Source: an uncultured bacterium | GTDB taxonomy: Bacteria; Verrucomicrobiota; Verrucomicrobiia; Verrucomicrobiales; DEV007 | Direction of reading: 5' to 3' | Assembly: GCA_963977015.1 (NCBI GenBank) | Contig: CAXBMO010000015.1 | Span: 32,001-96,000 of the forward strand | Length of the DNA stretch: 64,000 bases | In this document: one piece after another, positions 56,945 to 64,000 of the stretch | How the letters are laid out: every line of letters begins with the position of its first letter | How positions within the stretch are numbered: the stretch's first letter is position 1 | Translations under genes and position numbers: made by a program | Notes under the pieces: generated by a model | The model's database searches: none | What the model was told of the DNA's origin: nothing | The model's input: the letters and a program-made list of their open reading frames with translations, nothing else

Positions 56945-57712
56945 TCAATCCGCTTCCAAATCCTGCAACGCCGGAAATTCGTCTCGCCACGCCTGAAGTT
57001 TGGTCGCTGAAATGTCAGTCACAAGGACTCCTTCCTCTTCGCCGGCATCCGCAATGACTTCGCCCAGTTCATCGATCACCAACGAACGTCCGGGATAGTG
57101 ATAGGCCGGATCATCGCCGCAACGATTGACGCCAATCACCACGGCCAGGTTCTCAATCGCCCGAGCACGCAGCAGGGTCATCCAATGCTCAACGCGCGTC
57201 GCCGGCCAACTCGCAATGACCACAAAGAGATTGGCGCCTCGCTTGGTTCCCCGGCGGAAGAGTTCCGGAAATCGTAGGTCGTAGCAAATGAACGGGCACA
57301 CCGAAAAATCACCAACTGCGGAAACCAACAACTCGCGGCCCGAATCATAATGCTCGGTCTCGCCGGTGTAGCGAAAGCAGCGGTTCTTCTGATAACGGCC
57401 CGTGATTTCGCCGACGGGATTGACGATCGCGAGTTCGTTGCGACCACGGCCATTCTCACTGCGAAATACCAAGCCAGCGATAACCCAACTTTGATACCGG
57501 GTCGCCAATTCCTGCAGGAACTTCTCACTTGATGAAGGAGACGCTTCGGCGATTCGCTCCACATCCATGCTGAATCCGCTGGAGAACATCTCCGGCAGGA
57601 CAATCAACGCGCCCGGCAAGATCTCCTTTGCTTCGAGGAGCTTGCGAATCTTGCGGAAATTGCCCTCGCGGTCTTCCCAGAGAATGTCGTACTGGCAGGC
57701 GATGACTTGCAT
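56945..57712 (-). CDS. Carbon-nitrogen hydrolase (omega-amidase-like)
   Basis: LPEMF (Glu), YQK (Lys), ICYDLRFPE (Cys) and RARAIEN motifs. Confidence 0.92.
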   Translation of the reverse strand: MQVIACQYDILWEDREGNFRKIRKLLEAKEILPGALIVLPEMFSSGFSMDVERIAEASPSSSEKFLQELATRYQSWVIAGLVFRSENGRGRNELAIVNPVGEITGRYQKNRCFRYTGETEHYDSGRELLVSAVGDFSVCPFICYDLRFPELFRRGTKRGANLFVVIASWPATRVEHWMTLLRARAIENLAVVIGVNRCGDDPAYHYPGRSLVIDELGEVIADAGEEEGVLVTDISATKLQAWRDEFPALQDLEAD

Positions 57713-57716
57713 CGCC

Positions 57717-59543
57717 CTAGGAAGAAAGGACCTTGCCGACCACGCTCACCAGCTCGTGAGGTTCGTAGGGCTTAGGTAACACATCCGCGAAGCCAAAATC
57801 GTGCGGCTGAGACATCGCCGGGTCGTCACTGTATCCGCTCGACACAATGCCACGGGCAGCCGGGTCAATCGCTTTGATCCGATTCATCGTCTCAATTCCG
57901 CCCATCCCACGTTCAATCGTGAGATCCATGATCAAGAGGTTGAACGGATCGCCGCTCGCTACAGCTTGTTGATAGGCTTCGATGGTTTGCTCGCCATCGC
58001 GGGTTTCGATCACCTCATAACCCGCTTGGCTAAGAGTGGCTTTGATCAACCGGCTGACCAATTCTTCGTCTTCAAGAACGAGAATTCGTCCGCTCCCGCC
58101 TGCCGCGGAATCTGAGGATGCGTTTGGAGTGCTCATGGTATGCTCTTCGGTAACAAGAGGCAGTCGCACCGTCGCGATGGTGCCTTCTGTGGGAGTTGAA
58201 ACGAGGTCGACAGAGCCGCCGTGGGCCTGGGCAATCGATTCGCAAACCGTGAGGCCCAACCCGCTGGCGTTCCGGTCGCCTCGCGTGGTGAAGAAAGGTT
58301 CAAATGCTTGATCCCTCACAGCAGGATCCAAGCCATGCCCAGAGTCAATGATCTCGAGAAGCAGCATCGTCTCCTCGATCTCGCCACGAAGAAAAATCGT
58401 GCCTTCGTTCATGGCCTGCTCCGCATTGAGCAACAAGTTCTCGATCAGTCGCCGAATTTGCTTCGGGTCGGCATGAATGATGGCATCCGGAAACCCGGAA
58501 ATCCATTCGTAACGCAGACCGCTGCGTTGATCGCGCTCCGCCACAATCATGGCAAGGAGGCCCTTCGCCGCAACCGGTCCCTTCACGGGAGCCCCGCCCC
58601 GGGCAAAGGTCATCAACTGCTGCACCAATCCCTGGGCTTTGAGCGTGGCGCCGGTCGCCAGTTCCAGCTCATAGAGCAACTCCGGATCGTCGATCACGCG
58701 ACCTTGCGCCATCGACAAATTCCCAAGCAAAATGGTTAAAAGATTGTTGAAGTCATGAGCAAACCCCCGGGCCAGGGAACTCAGCCCTTCCAGTTTCTGA
58801 TTCCGGCTTTCCAGTTTCGAACTCGCCTTTCGTTCCTGGAACACGGTCGCGATTCCGCTGAGACCTCCATCCGGATTTTCGAGCGGAACCGTCTCCACTT
58901 CGATTGCGATTTCTCGACCGTCTCGACGTTTCAACGCGGTTTTACCCACTCCCTGAAACACCTCACTGAGCGACTCGCCCGCCGCTTCATTCAAACTCCA
59001 TCCCGTCAGTTCTTCCGCCTGACGGTTTAAAAAAGCCACGTTTCCCGCCAGGTCCGACACGATCACGCCTTGCGACAGACTCGCGAGCGTTTGGTGCAGG
59101 GTGTGCGTCTTGAGCGGGGCGCCGGTGCAAGGCCGCCCCACATCCAACGCCGCATCGAGCGCAAGCTTCAACCCCTCTTCGTTCACCGGCCGGGTAATGT
59201 GGCCGCAGAGAAAGGGGACTTTGGTGAGCGAAAGATCCGTTCCCGCATCCGCCAGAAACACGATCGGAATTCCAAACCGTTCATGAATCCACGTTCCGGT
59301 GCGAATCGCACCACGCGATTGCGCATCAATCAGAACCAGGTCCGGCTGCAAGTCGTCGACCTTCTCCAGCGCTTCGCCGCCAGGACGCGTCAACGAGGGA
59401 ACGCTGTAACCCAACCCCACCAGCAGGGATTGCAATTCGCGTCCGGAGTCGCGCTGGTCTTGCACTAGCAAGATTCTGGACGCTGAAGCGATCCGTCTCA
59501 CAATCGGTAAGCTAGCTGATCGATAGGTCGTTGGCCACCGCAA
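57717..59543 (-). CDS. Hybrid sensor kinase REC-PAS-HisKA-HATPase-REC (start uncertain)
   Basis: AHDFNNLL, NLLLNA, DSGHG, FEPFFTT and GLGL motifs; C-terminal LVLEDE...IMDL...KP; the N-terminal REC is degenerate. Confidence 0.9.
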   Translation of the reverse strand: MRWPTTYRSASLPIVRRIASASRILLVQDQRDSGRELQSLLVGLGYSVPSLTRPGGEALEKVDDLQPDLVLIDAQSRGAIRTGTWIHERFGIPIVFLADAGTDLSLTKVPFLCGHITRPVNEEGLKLALDAALDVGRPCTGAPLKTHTLHQTLASLSQGVIVSDLAGNVAFLNRQAEELTGWSLNEAAGESLSEVFQGVGKTALKRRDGREIAIEVETVPLENPDGGLSGIATVFQERKASSKLESRNQKLEGLSSLARGFAHDFNNLLTILLGNLSMAQGRVIDDPELLYELELATGATLKAQGLVQQLMTFARGGAPVKGPVAAKGLLAMIVAERDQRSGLRYEWISGFPDAIIHADPKQIRRLIENLLLNAEQAMNEGTIFLRGEIEETMLLLEIIDSGHGLDPAVRDQAFEPFFTTRGDRNASGLGLTVCESIAQAHGGSVDLVSTPTEGTIATVRLPLVTEEHTMSTPNASSDSAAGGSGRILVLEDEELVSRLIKATLSQAGYEVIETRDGEQTIEAYQQAVASGDPFNLLIMDLTIERGMGGIETMNRIKAIDPAARGIVSSGYSDDPAMSQPHDFGFADVLPKPYEPHELVSVVGKVLSS

Positions 59544-59562
59544 ATCGCGATGGAACCAGAGG

Positions 59563-60525
59563 CTACCACTTGTTCGCCTGGATGAATTCGCCCTCGCCCG
59601 TGAGGAACGCGATCAGGTTGTTCGTTGCCTTGGAGGCTTGGCGCACGACGCTTTCATAGGTGCGGGAACCAATGTGGGAAGTGACGACGCAGTTGGGAGC
59701 GGTGAGCAACGGATGATCCGACGGTGGCGGCTCCTCGTCGAGCACGTCGGTTCCGTACCCACCAATTTTGCCGTCTTCCAACGCCTTGGCCATGTCCTTC
59801 GCCACGACCAGCTCCCCGCGCGCGCAGTTGAGAACCACCGCATCATCCTTCATCTCGGCAATCTTCGCGGCGTTGATCATGTCGCGCGTCTTGTCGTCGA
59901 GAAAGCAATGGAGCGAAATGACATCGGCCTGATGCAACACCTCATCCATCGAATCACAGCGCGTGATTCCGTGTTCTTCGGCAAATGCTTCATCCCAGTA
60001 GATGTCATAAGCGATCACGGGCATGCCAAAGGCTTTGGCGCGAATCGCGACTTCCTTGCCAATGCGTCCCAATCCGATGATTCCCATGGTTCGACCCATG
60101 ATTTCATGACCGGTGACCCGTTTCCACTCGCCCTGGCGCGCGGCCGCACCAACCGTCACCAGGTGCTTGGAGAGACAGAGCAGAAGGCCGAAGGTGTGCT
60201 CGGCCACCGTGGTGTGGTTCACTCCCGGAGTGAACAAGACCGGCAACTTCTTACTCGTGGCATATTCGACATCGATCTTGTCGAGCCCGATTCCGTATTT
60301 GGAGATGACCTTGAGCCGGGGAGCCGATTTCTCGATCACGGCCTGGGTGATGGCGTCGTCTCCACAGAGAAAGGCATCAAACTCGCCCGCCAGTTCCAGC
60401 ATCTTCGCTTCGGGCAACGGTCCACGCTCGCGAACGATTTCCCAACCCTGGCTTTCGAGCAGGTCGTGATGAGGGCCGGGAGTGTCTTGATACGAAGTGG
60501 TGGTTAATAGGATTCGGGTTGTCAT
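59563..60525 (-). CDS. D-2-hydroxyacid dehydrogenase (phosphoglycerate dehydrogenase-like, no ACT domain)
   Basis: KYGIGLDKID, GIIGLGRIG, NCARG, DVL.EEPP and TSHIG motifs. Confidence 0.88.
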   Translation of the reverse strand: MTTRILLTTTSYQDTPGPHHDLLESQGWEIVRERGPLPEAKMLELAGEFDAFLCGDDAITQAVIEKSAPRLKVISKYGIGLDKIDVEYATSKKLPVLFTPGVNHTTVAEHTFGLLLCLSKHLVTVGAAARQGEWKRVTGHEIMGRTMGIIGLGRIGKEVAIRAKAFGMPVIAYDIYWDEAFAEEHGITRCDSMDEVLHQADVISLHCFLDDKTRDMINAAKIAEMKDDAVVLNCARGELVVAKDMAKALEDGKIGGYGTDVLDEEPPPSDHPLLTAPNCVVTSHIGSRTYESVVRQASKATNNLIAFLTGEGEFIQANKW

Positions 60526-60576
60526 GGGCTGGCGGAAGACTTAGCGATGGGGAGCACGTTTGCAACCCCGCATAAT

Positions 60577-60840
60577 ATGGCGAATCCCTCGAATTCCGAC
60601 TCAAATTCCAGCATGGACGCTGGTATTCAGCCCCTCGATGCCCTGCTCACGAAGCTGGAGCTCAGTTCGCACGATCTGGTGGCGGCATCGACCGAGCAAA
60701 TCACCCACAAAATGGTGACCAAGGGGCGAAAAGGCCGAAAACTGACCGCCAACCTCCAGGGCAAGATCACTCGAGCCCTCAGCGCGGCGGCCAATCAGCA
60801 ATTTGAGCCGGGCGAGCTCTTCAATTACGACGGCCGATGA
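60577..60840 (+). CDS. Small hypothetical protein (HTH-like)
   Basis: QPLD...HDLV.ASTEQITHKMV.KGRKGRKLT...ELFNY; ATGA overlap with the next gene. Confidence 0.65.
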   Translation: MANPSNSDSNSSMDAGIQPLDALLTKLELSSHDLVAASTEQITHKMVTKGRKGRKLTANLQGKITRALSAAANQQFEPGELFNYDGR

Positions 60841-61835
60841 GGGAGGTTGATTACCTCGTAATCGGGCAGGGAATCGCCGGAACGCTGTTTGCGTGGCAGG
60901 CGCTCGAACGCGGAAAACGCGTCTTGGTCATCGATCGCGAGGAAGCCGTGACCTGCTCGCGCGTCGCCGCCGGAATCATCAACCCCATCACCGGAAGCCG
61001 TCTCGCCAAATCCTGGCGCCTGGATGAGCTTTGGCCAGCGGCGACCGCGTTTTACGCGACTCACGGCGCGGAATTTTTCCAACCTCGCCACGTGCTTCGC
61101 CTTCTCCACGATCCCGAGCAAATCTCGCGCTGGAGCAAACGCCGTTCTGATCCGGAATATCAAGCGCTCTGCCAACCTGGCAAACTCGTAGTGGATCCGG
61201 AAAAGATTCAGCCCCATGCCGACGCCTTTGAAACGACAATTGGAGGCTGGCTGAATTTGCCGGATTTTCTCGACCACGCCAAACGCCACTTCCACGACCA
61301 AAACGCCTTTCAGTGCGGCGAGTCCGTTCCCCCCGACGTTCAGGCGCGCCACACGATCTGGTGCCAGGGCCATGAATCGGCGAAATCCGGGGTGTTCGAT
61401 TGGGTCCCGATCCGGGCCGGGAAAGGACAGATTCTCGACCTCACCATTCCCAGGTTGGAAGAAACCCGGATCCTGAATCGCCGCAAATGGCTGCTCCCGC
61501 TCGATGGAGACCGCTACCGGGCCGGGGCCACATTTGAATGGGATGAAGCGGATGTCAGCCCAACGGCGGAAGGCCGCGCCGAAGTCGAGTCCGCCCTTCG
61601 CCAAACCATTCGGCTTCCGTTCGAAGTGACGGGGCACCAAGCCGCGTTTCGCCCCATGGCCCAACAAGGTCGCCCCATTCTCGGTCGCCATCCCGCGCGT
61701 CCCGAGCACATCATCTTCAACGGCCTTGGCTCAAAAGGTGTCCTGCTGGCTCCGTTTTTCGCGAACCACCTGCTCGAACATCTCGAAACCGGATCGCCGA
61801 TTGATCCCGAAGTCGACGTTCGCCGTTTTTGGTAG
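60837..61835 (+). CDS. FAD-dependent oxidoreductase (DAO / MnmC C-terminal-like)
   Basis: VIGQGIAG, SRVAAG, KGQ, GATF, RP and NGLGSKG motifs. Confidence 0.85.
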   Translation: MREVDYLVIGQGIAGTLFAWQALERGKRVLVIDREEAVTCSRVAAGIINPITGSRLAKSWRLDELWPAATAFYATHGAEFFQPRHVLRLLHDPEQISRWSKRRSDPEYQALCQPGKLVVDPEKIQPHADAFETTIGGWLNLPDFLDHAKRHFHDQNAFQCGESVPPDVQARHTIWCQGHESAKSGVFDWVPIRAGKGQILDLTIPRLEETRILNRRKWLLPLDGDRYRAGATFEWDEADVSPTAEGRAEVESALRQTIRLPFEVTGHQAAFRPMAQQGRPILGRHPARPEHIIFNGLGSKGVLLAPFFANHLLEHLETGSPIDPEVDVRRFW

Positions 61836-61902
61836 GATGGATCGCTGATCCATCACCAATGGCTTCGTTTCTCAGGCAATGCAGACGGATCGGCGATCCA
61901 TC

Positions 61903-63072
61903 CTACGTCAGACCGCGTCGTCCCAGTTCGGCCAAGGTCCAACGATACTCGTTCTCCAGCTGATCCACGACATCGGCGGAACGCATCTCCTCGGGCAGAA
62001 CCTCCCACGTATAAGTCTCCATCTCCAGGTGCTGACACAGGTCCGGCTGCTTCGCCAACACATCGAGCGTGCTGTGCAGATGCTCGCGGGTGTCGCCAAA
62101 CGGAGGGAGTGGCTGAGCATGAAGCGGCACGTGAAAATGAACCCGCCATTCTTCACCAACATCATCCGGCAAGTCCGTCGCCATCATCAAGGCCGCGTCC
62201 AGATCCCGGTAACGCCGCAACTCACCGTTCGCCTCGCGAATCACGACCTGATGCAGATACACGTCTTCCTGAAAATCGGCCAACCGCTTCAACGCAGCTT
62301 CGGTCGGAGTCAAACTCAGGGCGGAACTGAGGTGCAGCTTGCTGATCCGGATTCCGGCATCCTTGAGCCGGCCCAGAGCTTCACCCGCCTCTTCATATTC
62401 CACGCCCAAATGGCAGGTGTCGTAGTTAACGCCGATGTTTTGCAAAATTTGAGCCTTGTCGTCGGCACGTTCGAGCAATTTTTCGAAGAACGCGACCGTC
62501 TCCGTGCTCGTCTCGAACAAGCCGAGCGGTTCCGGCTCCAAACCCAGATGCAGATCCCGTCCCGTTTTCTGGCGCAACTTTTCAATGTATTGCGAACAGG
62601 CAATCAGGTGGTCGCAAATTAGGTCGATCTGGGATTCGCTCTCGATGAATTCCTTGAATGAACCGGGCAACGTGCTGACGCTTCCCGCCTCGCCTTCCGG
62701 TGCCAATTCCGCGATCAAATCGAAAAGCCGGCTGGTGTAGAGGAGCCGCTCGGGCTTGGTCCAATCCGGAGCGTAAACCTGCTCCTTCACCCGCGTCCCA
62801 TGAAACTTGCCATAGGGGAAGCCATTGATCGTGAACACGTAGCTGTTTTCGTCAGCGAGCCAGCTTCGAAATTCCTCAAGGTTCGCGGGTTTGGCCAGAT
62901 CCGCCGCCGCATCCGCGCCCAAACGCAACCCAATCCCATACGGCTGATCCTTGCTCACCCGATCGCGCACGGCCATGGTGTAATCGCGCAACGTTTGAAA
63001 CGTTTCCGACCACGTTTCGCCGCGGTGAATATTCGTGCAATAACCGAGATGGATGTTGTTCGCGAGCTTCAT
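61903..63072 (-). CDS. eboE: EboE-family TIM-barrel protein
   Basis: YCTNIH.GE, FTINGFPYG.FH..RVKEQVY.PDW, LEPEP, DTCH, YLHQV, WRVHFHVP and LEMETYTW motifs. Confidence 0.88.
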   Translation of the reverse strand: MKLANNIHLGYCTNIHRGETWSETFQTLRDYTMAVRDRVSKDQPYGIGLRLGADAAADLAKPANLEEFRSWLADENSYVFTINGFPYGKFHGTRVKEQVYAPDWTKPERLLYTSRLFDLIAELAPEGEAGSVSTLPGSFKEFIESESQIDLICDHLIACSQYIEKLRQKTGRDLHLGLEPEPLGLFETSTETVAFFEKLLERADDKAQILQNIGVNYDTCHLGVEYEEAGEALGRLKDAGIRISKLHLSSALSLTPTEAALKRLADFQEDVYLHQVVIREANGELRRYRDLDAALMMATDLPDDVGEEWRVHFHVPLHAQPLPPFGDTREHLHSTLDVLAKQPDLCQHLEMETYTWEVLPEEMRSADVVDQLENEYRWTLAELGRRGLT

Positions 63073-63180
63073 AACAGGGGCTGAGTCGCCACTTTCGCGA
63101 GAAGGGAAGCGAAATCAAGAAAACCGGGCGGCTCGATTTCCAAGTTGCCCCGTGGCCGGAAGCACCCAATCGGTGAAGTG

Positions 63181-64000
63181 ATGAAACCCCTGATCGTTCT
63201 TTTTTTTCTGATTTTGACGCCAAACCTCTTGGCGATTGAGGTTCCCCCGAAGGTGCCCCACGCGGTCAAGGCCTTGCAACCGGGGGTGAAAGTGACCTTG
63301 TTGGCCGAGCACCCGGATTTGGTGACGCCAACCGGAATTGACGTGGATGATGAGGGACAACTCTGGGTCGTCTCAAGCCACACGCATTTTCGGCCCGAAG
63401 GCTACGAGGGTCCGGAAAAGGACGAGATTCTGGTGTTTGACGCGGATGGCTCGAATCGGCGGGTGTTTGCGACTTCAACCGTCGCGACGATGGATCTGGA
63501 GCTCGGAAAAGACGGCTGGGTTTATCTGGCGGAGCGTGACCGCATCTTCCGAATCCGCGATTCCAACGGGGACGGCAAAGCCGATCAGGAAGAGAACCTG
63601 GCGACGCTCGAAACCGAGGCCGATTATCCGCACAATGGCTTGGCCGGACTTGCCTGGCATCCGTCCGGCGACCTGGTTTTCGCGTTGGGAGAGAACTTCT
63701 GGACGCCGTGGACGCTCACCGATGTCGGAGGTTCCAACGTCATGGGAACCGGTGAAGGCGGAATCTTCCGGATGACGGCCGATGGCAAAAACCTTCGCCG
63801 AATCGCCCAGGGATTCTGGAATCCATTCGGGATTTGCGTGCGCGAGGACGGCGAGATTTTCGCGGCGGAAAACGATCCGGGAGCACGACCGCCCTGTCGC
63901 CTGATTCACGTCGTCGAGGGAGGCGACTACGGTTATCAGCGACGTTATGGCAACGCGCCTTTCCATCCCTTTGTCGCCTGGAATGGCGAGTTGCGCGGCA
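63181..64000 (+). CDS. PVC-type membrane-bound dehydrogenase / heme-binding protein, runs off the 3' end of the window
   Basis: Open frame from ATG 63181: signal peptide, LLAEHPDLVTPTGIDVD, SHTHFRPEGYEGP, DSNGDGKAD, YPHNGLAG, GFWNPFG. Absent from the ORF track because no stop codon falls inside the window. Confidence 0.8.
   Translation, partial: MKPLIVLFFLILTPNLLAIEVPPKVPHAVKALQPGVKVTLLAEHPDLVTPTGIDVDDEGQLWVVSSHTHFRPEGYEGPEKDEILVFDADGSNRRVFATSTVATMDLELGKDGWVYLAERDRIFRIRDSNGDGKADQEENLATLETEADYPHNGLAGLAWHPSGDLVFALGENFWTPWTLTDVGGSNVMGTGEGGIFRMTADGKNLRRIAQGFWNPFGICVREDGEIFAAENDPGARPPCRLIHVVEGGDYGYQRRYGNAPFHPFVAWNGELRG

Overview
A 64-kb gene-dense chromosomal segment with no rRNA, tRNA or CRISPR array visible. 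It is most consistent with a Verrucomicrobiota/PVC bacterium; this is an inference from the planctomycete-type cytochrome c domains, PVC-type heme-binding dehydrogenases, a DUF1592-type protein and the folP-cdaA gene order. Most of the window is housekeeping and envelope genes: degP-like protease, OmpA-family protein, kdgK, two tandem pilT, a yqjD/E/K-like trio, holA, zwf-opcA, gcvH, sucAB, rsfS, miaB, folP-cdaA, pduO-type, mgtE, lysC, fetAB-like and eboE. The clearest accessory element is a 2.29-kb islet inserted into the 3' end of miaB. It is bounded by an exact 69-bp direct repeat (37819-37887 and 40109-40177), appears to have replaced the last codons of miaB, and encodes no integrase. Its only cargo is a translationally coupled AbiEi-like antitoxin and nucleotidyltransferase pair, preceded by a four-box palindromic operator. 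Other points worth following up: a ~205-bp nested-palindromic element (48436-48642), a candidate sRNA (about 26002-26161), a hairpin-dense convergent spacer (12932-13180), a coupled SdpA-like/HTTM pair with no obvious SdpC, a stand-alone tandem HisKA-like protein, a divergent IF-1 paralogue, and a TM-only CdaR-like ORF overlapping cdaA. All family calls come from motif recognition by eye; no database searches were run.
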